NCBI GenBank assembly: GCA_951406725.2
Contig: OX597817.1
Span: 118,420,001 to 118,484,000, forward strand
Direction of reading: 5' to 3'
Source: Octopus vulgaris
Lineage: Eukaryota
DNA length: 64,000 nt
The translations under genes and the position numbers were made by a program. Of the stretch, positions 41,553 through 53,630 are shown in pieces (the stretch's first letter is position 1; every line of letters begins with the position of its first letter). The notes under the pieces were generated by a model. That model was not told where the DNA came from. It saw only the letters and a list, made by a program, of their open reading frames with translations, and ran no database searches.

Positions 41553-42389
41553 TAAAGGAATTTTGTTCACATCTTCGTTCGACTCCATTTTTTCCTTTAT
41601 TCATATACAACACACAAATTTCTGCACATGAACCCGGAGTTTCTACCCTTGGACAGGTCGCTTCAACCGTGTTTCTGACGTGAATTTGCTACCCAGGTTT
41701 CGGTTAAACGTATTTTCCATGCTGACGATAAACATAGTATAATTCATTCACCTATTTAAATATATATATATATATATATATATATAACCTTCTATCGAGT
41801 TTTATTCACATATTTCGGATTAATAGAAAATCATGGCAGAATATATTTTTAAAGGTGCAACGCTACGAAATCGAACTTTGAATCGCCTAGTAACAATACA
41901 AATAATTTTTACTTACAGCGGTCATTTATACATTCATTCAAGACTACCCTACTTGCTGCAACTGTACAACTGAGAAAACATAAATCTAAAAATTTAAATT
42001 CAATAAAAATACATAATTTACAATTATACCAAACTCCTTTCGGCAATAGATATATGTAGATTTCCTAAATTTAGATTCAATAATATTAAATATTGAAAGA
42101 TATTGTTATAAAAGTCGCACAAATATTCATGATTCGTCAACGGAACGAATATAATATTCATTAGGAAATACATAAATTACTGAAATTTCTGTGAAATAAA
42201 TCATTTATAAATTCTTATTATTTTCTTAGACACGTGTTCATATTTGATAGTTTTTGTTGCTGCTGTGGTTCATGTTACTGATCCAGCAGCCCTATAACAA
42301 AAACCATTCTAGCAAATCTATAAATAACGAAATGATCCGATGTTTTATTTTTCAGAAAGAAGTTGATAATGCAAAACCACAATTAATTT

Positions 42390-42571
42390 AGTTCTATATT
42401 TAAGAGATGAGGAATTATGTACATTATTTACATTATTTACATTCGACATGTATTTGTCCTCATTTTGTTTGTTGTTAACACAACGTTTCGGCTGATATAC
42501 CCTCCAGCCATCTTCGGGTGTCTTGGGAAAATTTCGAACTTGGGTTCTCATTCGTAAGGTATTTTTCGATG
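42390..42571 (-). mobile_element. Hammerhead-bearing pLTR-like unit (hammerhead at 42477-42522, U4>C)
   Basis: Minus strand gacac-CCGAAGA-t-ggctg..cagcc-GAAA-cg-T-T-gtgtt; homologous to 6222-6362. Confidence 0.8.
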
Positions 42572-42648
42572 TAATTATTATTATTATTGTTGTCTTTGCT
42601 GTTATTGTTGTTGTTGTTGTTATTGTTGTTGTTGATGTTGTTTTTGTT

Positions 42649-42745
42649 ATGGCGTAGTGGTTAAGAGAGCGGGCTACTAACCCCAAGATTCCGAGTTCGA
42701 TTCCTAGCAGTGACTTGAACAACAACAACAATAATAATAATAACG

Positions 42746-42794
<49 letters not shown>

Positions 42795-42841
42795 CAACAA
42801 CAAAAACAACATCGAAAAATACCTTAGGAATAAGAACGCAG
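42649..42841 (+). mobile_element. tRNA-like cassette + (AAT/AAC)n + start of the hammerhead unit (truncated)
   Basis: A box tggcgtagtgg (42650-60), B box gagttcgattcc (42693-704), anticodon-like loop ctactaa; then catcgaaaaataccttaggaat. Confidence 0.8.
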
Positions 42842-43597
42842 CTCTCCAATATGTCGTGTATGTCATCAGCAAAATGAAACCATTGATAATATTGTCTCCA
42901 TGAGCAGTCTTCTTGCGCCTACACAGTATCTCAGCAGGCATGATAGAGCTGCACAATATATTCACTGGGTAATTTGCAACAACCTGGTCTTGCTTCATGA
43001 TTAAAAAACTGGTGGAAACACAAACCACCCCAGTACTTGAAAATGATCACATCTCACTCTTCTGGAACTTTACAATTCAAACTGACAGAAAAATAGATGT
43101 TAATAGGCCAGACATCATATTGAAAGAATTCAGACAAAAATCATACCTTCTCATTGATATGAGTTTCCCAATCGATATAAACGTATATGTCAAGACCTAC
43201 CAAAAACTGAGCAAGTATAAAGATCTTGAAAGAGAAATTAGGAAAATGTGGAACCTGAAGACTAAAACAATACTTGGTGTCATAGGTACCCTAGGAATGA
43301 TAATAAAGGGGGCTGATTGCTACCTAACTCAGATACCAGGAAACCACAAAATGACAGAAGTTTCAAAGATAGTGCTCGTGGGAACTGCCAATATCCTACT
43401 GATTATGTATTTTCAAATTTTAAAACAAACACATAATTTTCTCATGGTTTCTTAAATATTGTCTGGAACAACACTATGTGCAATACCAAATATATGGTAC
43501 CCTAGGCATAACACCAACATGAACTTCTAACTCGTCTCTTGAGGTCTCTGGGTGAGACTTGGAGCCAACTTGTACAAATGCAAAGCAAAAGTCAAGC

Positions 43598-43599
<2 letters not shown>
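42842..43599 (+). pseudogene. R4/Dong LINE 3' fragment (CCHC, RLE, full 3' UTR) ending in (TAA)n
   Basis: ORF 42997-43455 NRPDIILK..LIDMSFP..KLSKYKDLE; highly similar to 46040-46688. Confidence 0.92.
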
Positions 43600-43636
<37 letters not shown>

Positions 43637-43638
<2 letters not shown>

Positions 43639-43980
43639 CCCTGATGCAGTACCAGGCATGTCCCTAAGTGGCTGACGATATGTGCATCTCTGATCACGAG
43701 CAGAAGTAGTGGGGGAGCATCATAGCCATGTGTTGAGAAGGATTCTTTGGGGTTTGAATAGTTCACCTCTGGAAACATGGGTGGTTCTTTAATAAACAAC
43801 CCTTATTCAGGGAAGCGGATGGGCTACTCAACTGAAGAAAATAACTGCAAGGTCATGTGCTGTTTATCTTGATATGAATCACCATGTCGCGCACATATGG
43901 TTGTGATGCATGTCTGTGTACCTTTATCAGACGGGTAGTCATGATGGGTAACAATACCCCAGTGTCACTTTGATGGCATG
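43637..43980 (+). mobile_element. Internally deleted copy of the ~540-bp (AAT)n-embedded element
   Basis: tgccctgatgcagtaccaggca joined to tgtccctaagtggctgacg; colinear with 46941-47477. Confidence 0.85.
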
Positions 43981-44036
43981 AAACAATAACAATAACAATA
44001 ACAATAACAATAACAATGATAATAATAATAATAATA

Positions 44037-44086
<50 letters not shown>

Positions 44087-44122
44087 AATAATAATAATAA
44101 TAATATTAATAATAATAATAAC

Positions 44123-46686
44123 AACACCAAGAATTTTTACAGGAAGATAGGAAAAACAGCGTTTACTGCAGGGTCTGTACCATCAAAAGAAGAAGTGCAG
44201 AGATTTTGGAATAAAATCTGGGCAGAAGAAAAAACACACAACGAAAAGGCCCCTGGATTGACAGAATATCTATAGAACTGGACCCCTTAGAAGAGCAAAA
44301 GTGGGAGGGTGTCAAGGTAGAAGATATAAGATCTGCTCTCAGGAGGTCAAGCAAATGGAAGTCTCCAGGAAAGGATAAAATTCCTAACTTCTGGCTGAAT
44401 GCCTTCCCAGAGAGCCATGAACTGCTAACAGAACTGTACAATGATGTTTTGCAACACCCTAGTAGGATGCCTCCTTGGCTAGTTAATGGGTTAACATTCC
44501 TGCTTCCAAAAAGTGAAGAAACAAATGAACCAAAAAACTATAGACCCATAACCTGCTTAACAACTATGTACAAAACACTAACATCTGTCCTGACGGAATA
44601 TACCTATAGTTTTTTAACAGACAGCAGCATATTCCCTAATGAACAGAAAAGATGTAAACGTGGATCCTACGGCTGTAAAGACCAACTACTCATCAATAAG
44701 ATGATCTTAGAAGATTGTCACAAACGACACAAAAACTTATCAATAGCCTGGATAGACTATAAAAAGGCTTTTGATAGCCTACCACATAGCTGGATTAGGA
44801 AATGCCTTGAAATGTATAAGATAGCACCAACTCTGCGAAACTTCTTGACTGTAAGTATGAGATCATGGAGAACCACACTAACTCTGAACAGTGACAGTGA
44901 ATCCCTAAATGCTGGTGATGTAAAAATTTCGTGTGGAATTTTCCAGGGTGACTCTCTGTCACCACTCCTCTTTTGTTTATCCTTAATACCTCTCTCAAAG
45001 CTGCTCAATGACGCGCAGTACGGGTATAAAATGTTTGATAAAAATATAAATCATCTCGTTTACATGGATATTTAAAGCTTTTTGAAAAAAATGATCAACA
45101 ACTCAAGGGCTTACTAGCGATAGTCAAACAATTCAGTGACGACATCAGAATGCAATTCGGCCTCGATAAATGTGCAAAGGCTACCTTTATCAAAGGAAAA
45201 ATGACAGAAACATCTAACGTTAACCTTGACCAACAGAATGTCATAAAAGAACTAGACCCAGCGGAGAGCTACAAGTACCTAGGGGTAATTGAAGGGAACG
45301 GAATAAGGCATTCAGAGATGAAAGAAAGGATCAGGAGAGAATGCTATCGAAGAGTGAGAGCAATACTCAAGACAGAGCTGAATGCAAGAAACAGGATCGA
45401 AGCAATCAATGCATTAGCTATACCAGTCGTGACTTACAGTTTCAATATTGTTAACTGGTCAATTACTGAAATATGTCAGCTCGACAGAAAAATAAGGAAA
45501 CTGTTGACAATGCATAGAATGCACCACCCTAAGGCAGATACAGAACGACTCTATCTGCCAAGAAAAAGAGGAGGCCGTGGTCTTTTGCAACTGGCAATAA
45601 CAATGAAGATTGCTACAATTGGCCTAGACACCTACCTGAAAAACTCTGAGGACTGGATGCTAAAACTTGTCTCAAAACATGAAAACAAGAAAGCATCATA
45701 CTCAGTCACAAAACAGGCAAAGGAATATCTAAGTGAATTCCGAATACAACCAATTTCGGAATTAGAGATAGATATACAAGAAACAGGCACAGAAAAAGCT
45801 AGGCGCATGAAAACCCGTGCCAAAACTGCGGCCTTAGATATTCTGAATAATAAATGGCAAGAAAAACCTCTCTATGGCAAATACCCAAAGAGAGCGAATA
45901 ATGCAGATATCGACAAAGCCCTGACCCATCAATGGCTAATGGCCTCTGGCTTAAAATCTGAAACAGAGGGGTTTATCATAGCAGCTCAAGATCAATGCCT
46001 ACCAACAAGAAACTACCAGGCCAACATATTAAAGATCAGAAGCAGTCCAACGTGTCGTGTATGCATGCAACAAAATGAAACCATTGACCATGTGGTCTCC
46101 AAGTGCAGTCTTCTAGCGCCTACAGAGCATCTCAACAGGCACGATAGAGCTGCACAATATATTCACTGGGTAATCTGTAAAAACCTGGATTTGCCCCATG
46201 AAAAAAACTGGTGGGAACACAAACCACCCCCAGTGCTTGAAAATGACCACATCTCACTCCTCTGGAACTTCACCATTCAAACTGACAGGAAGATAGATGC
46301 AAATAGGCCAGACATCATATTGAAAGACTTCAAACAAAGAACATGCCTCCTCATTGATATGACTGTCCCAATCGATATAAACGTATCTGTCAAGACCTAC
46401 CAAAAACTGAGCAAATATAAAGATCTTGAAATAGAAATCAGCAAAATGTGGAAGCTGAAGACTAAAACAATACCTGTTGTCATAGGTGCCCTGGGAATGA
46501 TAGCAAAAGGGGCTGATAGCTACCTAACTCAGATACCAGGAAACCCCAAAAATGGCAGAAGTTCAAAAGATAGTGCTCATGGGAACTGCTCATATCCTAC
46601 GCAAAATACTCTCTATGTAATCTCAAGGTTTAAAACAAACATAATTTTCGGAGCCAACTTGTACAAATAAAAAGCAAAAGTCAAAC

Positions 46687-46688
<2 letters not shown>
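44123..46688 (+). pseudogene. 5'-truncated R4/Dong-type non-LTR retrotransposon (RT, CCHC zinc knuckle, RLE) in (TAA)n
   Basis: KNYRPITCL, WIDYKKAFDSLPH, GIFQGDSLSP, YMD (frameshift at ~45070), YKYLG, CRVC..H..C, RHD, RPDIILKD..LIDMTVP..K..KY, VIGALG; second frameshift near 46548; flanked by AAT repeats. Confidence 0.95.
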
Positions 46689-46767
<79 letters not shown>

Positions 46768-46850
46768 TAACAATAACAATAACAATAACAATATTAATAA
46801 TAATAATAATAATAATAATAATGATGATGATGATGATGATGATGATGATG

Positions 46851-46940
<90 letters not shown>

Positions 46941-46941
<1 letters not shown>

Positions 46942-47477
46942 GGCAGTGGCTCTCATGGCTTCTGATCTTGACTGATTGGAAGTGTTATCATGTACATTGT
47001 TTTGTCTTGGTATAAAAGATGGGCTACAGCAAATATTCTGCTCAATACCACAGATTTGCTTGTCAGTTGTTTGACCTTAACAAGTTGAGCATGTCCCTTA
47101 GTGGCTGACGATATGTGCATCTCTGATCACGAGCAGAAGTAGTGGGGGAGCATCATGGCCATGTGTTGGGGGGGTTCTTTGGGGTTTCAATAATTCACCT
47201 CTGGAAACATGGGTGGTTCTTTCAACATCCTTAAACAACCCTTATTCAGAGACCGTTTGAGCGGGATGGGCTACTCAACCTGAAGAAAATTCTAACTGGG
47301 CCCCACCTGCAAGGTCATGTGCTGTTTATCTTGATATGAGATCACCATGTCGCGCACATATGGTTGTGATGCATGTGCCTGGTGTACCTTTATCAGACGG
47401 GTAGTCATGATGGGTATATTGGGCTTCGTATATTTTACCCCAGTGTCACTTTGATGGCATGCACTGCTCTCTCACTC
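46941..47477 (+). mobile_element. ~540-bp non-coding element flanked by (AAT)n on both sides
   Basis: Three copies in the window (5705, 43637, 46941), all + strand and followed by AAT/AAC repeats; no long ORF. Confidence 0.85.
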
Positions 47478-47551
<74 letters not shown>

Positions 47552-47567
47552 TAATAATAATTGTAAC

Positions 47568-47700
47568 TGCAAGAATTCTTCGCAGGGTTGTTGAAGCATG
47601 ACCCGTAAATAAGTGTCACCTTAGTCGGCTGGCTGTGAATAGCTGACTCTTTCCATCATACCCAGCAAAGTAAGCTGAGAATTTTCATAAAATACTAATT
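47568..47700 (+). mobile_element. Extreme 3' end of another R4-like LINE
   Basis: gcaagaattcttcgcagggttgttgaagcatga = ARILRRVVEA*, like the TAHILRKILSM* end of the 44123 element, followed by a short 3' UTR. Confidence 0.6.
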
Positions 47701-47714
47701 ATAATTATTATAGT

Positions 47715-48125
47715 TGTAATTGTAGGGATATTGATAAATGCCCGTTTGATGAACGATGCCTTATAAAACAACCAAAATCATATATTCTCATTTACTACAG
47801 ATAAAACAATTTACAATGACTTAGACAGTTGCACAATAATTTTCAGGTTTCTATATTATAACCACGTCTTTACATTTATACAGAGTAACAAGGAAAGGTC
47901 GACGTCATTAAGCAAGCTAATTTGGGAAATTTAAGATCACAAAACAAAGTGTAACTGGTCAATATTTAGCAATGTCCCACCTTACGACACAGGGAAAAAT
48001 ATATGTAATTTTACCGAGAAAAGCCATTGTTTATACTTATGCAAAAGTGCAATATCCTGAACTAGACGCAGGAACTAATGTTAAGATATTAAACACTTTC
48101 ACAACAAAACCTTTAGATCATTCCC
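47715..48125 (+). pseudogene. Penelope-like element GIY-YIG endonuclease region remnant (Naiad-like motifs)
   Basis: CNCRDIDKCPFDERCL ... YNHVFTF..STSLSKLIWEI*..W.I..PPYDTGKNICNF.EK..ILN*TQEL. Confidence 0.8.
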
Positions 48126-49292
48126 TCAATAATTAATCATGTGAACATAGGTATATGAAAGCACATGCACACCTTCCTAATCCAATAGAATAAAGATAAT
48201 GCATATCTAATTTAAATAGTAATTGTCAATTTTCTTAATTGCTTGAGAGGGGGTAATTATCGCAATATTATTAACACACGCACTGGTTCAATTTCACTCC
48301 TTTATTATTATTCAATTGGTTAAATATCCGATTAAATAATCGATTGCTTGTTTAATTTGATTAACCAGTAAGTCATTTGATTTCATTTTGTGTGTCAAAG
48401 TTCTTTCCTTGTGTGTGCTACTAATATTGACAAAATTACTCTCCCTAGACCAAACAAAATTTTGTTTCAACACACGAATTCATGTAAAGAATCTTGCAAA
48501 CCGGATACGAAGACGAAATTAATTGCTTAAATTTTACACTCTGTCATTTCCTTGACCCTTCTCTCATTTTATTTGATGATAAGATAACCTGTTTATGTTT
48601 AATTTTTCATGTTCATATATCCATTTCCTCATTTTTATTTTCATTTTTATTTTTTGTTCCTTTTGTTTTAATTTGGGATTTGTTTTGTTCCTTTTACTCT
48701 GCTTTGGATTTTATCTTCGTTCCTTTTGTTTTGCTTTGGATTTATTTGACTTTGTATTGGGTTTATCTTCTTTATTTAGCATTTGTGAATTTACTTTGTT
48801 ACCCTATTTAAGAATCGTGTCTTTACTTATTATTTCAGTTGTATCAATGCTACCTAAGCCTGCAATTTAGGATTATATGCTACTTTAGTTTTACTGTTAT
48901 TTTACCTGTTATGATTTTTTTTATAATCACTGGTTCCATTTTTGTTAAGTGTTTAGAACTTATATGATAATAAATAGGATAGATGTTGATACTTTAGGTT
49001 TAAAGTAATTAGCAATATCATAGTTCCCTTTTGGTTTGTATATATGCAAATACTTCCCCCTCAAAGTTTCCAAAAAACATATTAGTAAACGCCAAAAGCC
49101 AGCCATTGAACATCATGAGGTTGTGAAGTATGAACATTTTTTAAAGGGTATAAATGGAAGTCGCCCGTGACAGGGGAGAGCAATAGTTTAATGTTGATGG
49201 CTAGAAACAGGCGACCTAGATCTGTATAATGAAGCACTGATCAAATTCCATCCTCTTTCTTTTCTTGTTTTTCTTTGGTAGTTTATTTGTTT

Positions 49293-49413
49293 TAGCCCTG
49301 AGGAAGATACCATTATGGGGTTGGTTGCCTATATTTTCAGATGATCAATCGATCAAGAGATAAAATTGAAACATGAATGTAAGCAAATGGATATCTGAAA
49401 CAGCTTTAAGCCT
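49293..49413 (+). ncRNA. Hammerhead motif with ~70-nt loop 2, downstream of the PLE endonuclease remnant
   Basis: tagcc-CTGAGGA-agataccatt...aatggatatct-GAAA-cagct-t-taagcc; core intact, stems I and III partly decayed. Confidence 0.6.
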
Positions 49414-49482
49414 GTAATGAATACTTAATTGTATATAAAACATTCAATTTACATGTGTGTGTGTGTATGTGTGCATGTATGT

Positions 49483-49537
<55 letters not shown>

Positions 49538-50619
49538 GTGTATTTGTATAGTTTGTTTTTCAGTTAAGGTCAGCACAACAAAAAGTATTCTATCTGGCGA
49601 GAGAAAAATATTGTTTAATGTACATTATATACAGTTATGAGCAACTAATAGTTTCATACATTGAAGAAATTAACGAAGCAGGTTTTAAAACGCACCTAGT
49701 GTCTACAAGTAATCTTTTAGCTCTGGGCGCATAGCCTATACAAGTTACAAATCAGGACAAAAGAACAAGCGATATCACGAGATCAAAATGAGATGAAAGT
49801 GCTTTCAAAAGGTGGAATGGCGAGAAAAAAACGAAAAAGAAAGCAAAAAACAATAAATGCCTTGTCCCCTTCAACCGTAGAACCGTAAAGTTAGGTGGTT
49901 TACAATCAACGAAAAGTTTCTAAACTCAGTGATACGGCTATTCAAACTCCGATTCCCCACAAGAAACCTTTCCACATATTTTCATTTGCTGAAAATTTCT
50001 GGTGTAGAATTCAGCAGTATTATGGAATTTTTAGATCTAAAAACTATATGCGATCCCACCAAAAAAATGGATAAAAAATATTAGGTTGTGATTTATTTGA
50101 TCATAAAATACATTCATTATAATGCAAGTACACCTGCATGAAGGAATCTGCTATAGAAATAAAGGGATTATTTGTAAGAGAAAAAATATAGTGTAAATCT
50201 AAGTGATATTAGAGCAGAGATCAGATTTCCCAGATCTATAATATATATCATTGTGAAAACAATAAATAAACAAACGAAAATAAAGACTCGCTAAAATGCA
50301 TGGTGGTGTCTGTTTGTATGCACACATGTGCAGGCTTAATATTTGTGCTTCGAATGAAGGGGACATCGAAGAAAAACAATGAACTGGTTATTCAGCGAAC
50401 GAGGTAATTCCGTGTGAAAAAGCCAAATCTCTTTAACAGTATCGAGACTTGAGAAAGATGCTCGTTGTAACAACGATCATGCCTAGGTAAAACTTGTAGA
50501 ATTTAAATCAAGCGAATCGATAAAAATGAAGTCGCGATTTCACTGCTAAGTGGGATGGTGAAGATTTTCGTACAAAGTCACTCACCAACAATGTGTTTTT
50601 GTGTGTATATATGTATGCA

Positions 50620-50651
<32 letters not shown>

Positions 50652-50864
50652 AGTATACTTAACACCGAACTTTATACAAAATTTGTATTCTTAACTGCAA
50701 TATATATATCAGAAAATAACTCACATAGAATTATTCCTATGAGTTATTTCTGAGTATATATATAGTTGAAGAAATACATACTTATAATATATATCATACT
50801 TATATATCTATATACATACATGCATATATATATATGTATATATGTGTGTGTATGTGTATATATA

Positions 50865-50915
<51 letters not shown>

Positions 50916-51209
50916 TAATAGGGACAATAATCGCCTGAAAGTGATCTATAAAATCTCTGCAAGAGGTGAAAACATTAAGTGTATTGGCATTAAGTGCATT
51001 GGCTGCGACTTCAACATGGCTGTTCCAAACGAACGGACGTTACTACGATCTTTTAATCCCAAGTGGAGATTTCATGTACCTATATAATGTACGTATATGA
51101 GTATGGGTATCTATTTATACACATATATATATGTGTATATATATCTACATACATGCATATATTTTTGTACAGATGAGTATGTGCGTATATCTATGTATCA
51201 ATATACATG

Positions 51210-51249
<40 letters not shown>

Positions 51250-51314
51250 GAAATGAAGAAAATGCTGACAAAATAATTTAAGTAAGGGAGAGTTTATTTA
51301 ATTAGGTGAAAGTT

Positions 51315-51353
51315 CTTTTTACCGGTTGCGCATTTGTTATGCTTATCAAAATA
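51315..51353 (-). ncRNA. Degenerate minimal hammerhead motif
   Basis: Minus strand TTGATAA-gcat-aacaa-atgc-GCAA-ccgg-T-A-aaaag; palindromic ACCGGT stem III but three core substitutions; near (TA)n. Confidence 0.4.
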
Positions 51354-52383
51354 TATTTTTTTAAGAGAGATAGAGTTCCTTTCTGATAGATTTTTTTCTC
51401 TACGTACATGAATACATACATACATACCTTTAAGAAATTGTATTCCTACCAGAATGTTTCTCTTTGTATATAACTTGTTTAAATACTAGCAATCTATATC
51501 TATCAAGACCTTTACCTTTTTAGTGTAAAGAATATGTCTATCTAATTAAACCTAAATATACATTTTCGTTGTAATCTCAACATTAGATTTACTACCTTCT
51601 GTAATTTTTTAACTAAATTTAATTAATTGAAAGTTCGACATCGTCGGTCAGGTTCCTTAACCAGAACTTATATTATGATAACCATCATAGTTATTCTCAA
51701 TGGGTCTACGTTCGATTAATTTAAATTTTAAACTTCATCAAACTTATATTCCATAGTCTTCTTTGTTAAGATGTAAAATCATATTCTAGTAGTATAATGT
51801 AAGTGGGATGTACGATTTGCGAGTAAAATCATAGAATATATGCATATTAACTGGGAAAATGGACGGGAGTCGTATAACGTTCATATGGTCAGTGTAAATT
51901 AAACAGAAACGATAAATGCATGAATAACAATACTTAGGTTAATGTTAGCATATTTAATGAAAGCAGAATTAAATGCTAACCAGAATTAGTTACGCGGTGA
52001 GGAAGAAACCTTATTAATAATTTATTCTAATTATTTCAGCATATACACGAACCACAGATTTGGACATGTTTCATTAATATTATTACTATCGTCACCGAAG
52101 CATGGACTTCACTGTAATTGCCGTCATATTGGTGACATAGTCCTTAATTTAATGTACATATACACAAGTTGGTTTAGAATAATAAAATTGTCTTTAGAAT
52201 GGAATTTCTATGTGAAACACTTTGCATATGTATTTCAACTACAAGATAATACTTAATCATTTCAAAATAGCCGAATTCTCAACCTTGGTATTCTTGAAAA
52301 TAATTGCGATTAACACTAATGGCTCTTATTCTAGTAAGAGAAAAATTCTAGTTGATTAATAACAGTTTCTGTCTAGCTGCAGT

Positions 52384-52483
52384 GAGTATTTTAGCCTATG
52401 CAGAAGGCTTATAAGAGTATTTTAGCCTATGCAGAAGGCATATAAGGCATATAAGTATTTTAGCCTTTGCAGAAGGCATATAA
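52384..52483. repeat. ~31-bp minisatellite, 3 copies
   Basis: gagtattttagcctatgcagaaggc(t/a)tataa repeated three times. Confidence 0.9.
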
Positions 52484-53630
52484 TGTTACGTCATTAAATT
52501 CTTGAATATTTACGTTGTCCCATCACAACTTTTGTAAATAAGGTAAAATACATGATTAGCTAAGATTGCTTATAATAAAAATGATATGCAATGGATGATC
52601 ATAACAGTCAGTGATGGACACACAGGTAAACATAGTACCTAACACTTGATTTATACTATTTGTTGTGTTTTAATTGAACTTTCCAGTTTTCTATCGATAG
52701 GTATTGCCATGCATCAATTCATCATGCACTAACAATGAAAATAAACTTGATGTTAATCCTTTCTGTACGATATTACCATATATATGAATATTCGTGCATG
52801 TCATATGATACGCCGCCCCACAAACTTTATGTTTTATCGGCAAGTAAATGCAAATGTATCATTTCTGATATCAGAAGACGTAATCATGAATTATATTTTG
52901 GATTAGATAAACTGTTACTAATATTTTTCATAATAAAACTTAGAAAAATTACACTATGAATCATAACATGTAGGATATGCGTCCAGCACTTGTCCGGAGT
53001 AGTTTCTCCTAGTTGCTGAAAGATTTAAAATAAGATTAGACAATGAGTAACTATTGATTTTACTAGTTCCATGATAATTTCTAGTTGACTATATAATTCA
53101 TTTGATATGTTATCTTAGTCTTAAATCTAGTTCTTAGAAGTCGAGTTGAACTGAAGCACAGCCACGATAAATATCTTTATATTCATGTGACAAGAGAGAT
53201 TTTGGAAAGATTATATAAAAAGGAAACCAAATTCATTTCATAAGTAACACCATCAACTTTAACTTTGATTTGCTAGAGATATTTTCGTACATATATATAT
53301 TTCTAAGGTGAGGAACTGTAGTCTATTTTCTTCGCAATATTCCTGGTAATCCCATAAACAGTTATCTCAATTCCACGATAAGTAAAGGTAAAGTAAAAGA
53401 AGAATTACTATCTACATGACATTTATGTGGGCGTCACAGTTCTGTTACGATAGAAAATAAGAATTCCGCTAAATATATTCGTCATGCGCTGTGTAACTCT
53501 ACTAAATTGTTTGCTTTTCATTTTACACAAAACATTAATCATTCAGTGATACGATAGCACACTTACTTTTTTTTAACAATACTTCAGTAAAGTTCATTCA
53601 ATGGCTTATGCAAGAATATTCTGTAGTTAC

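Noticed and set aside
42649-42718. Genuine tRNA-Ser(ACT) gene
   Set aside because: No proper acceptor stem, weak anticodon stem, no long variable arm, and embedded in a repeat; treated as a tRNA-like cassette
52384-52483. CRISPR-like array
   Set aside because: Head-to-tail minisatellite without unique spacers, eukaryotic context and no cas genes
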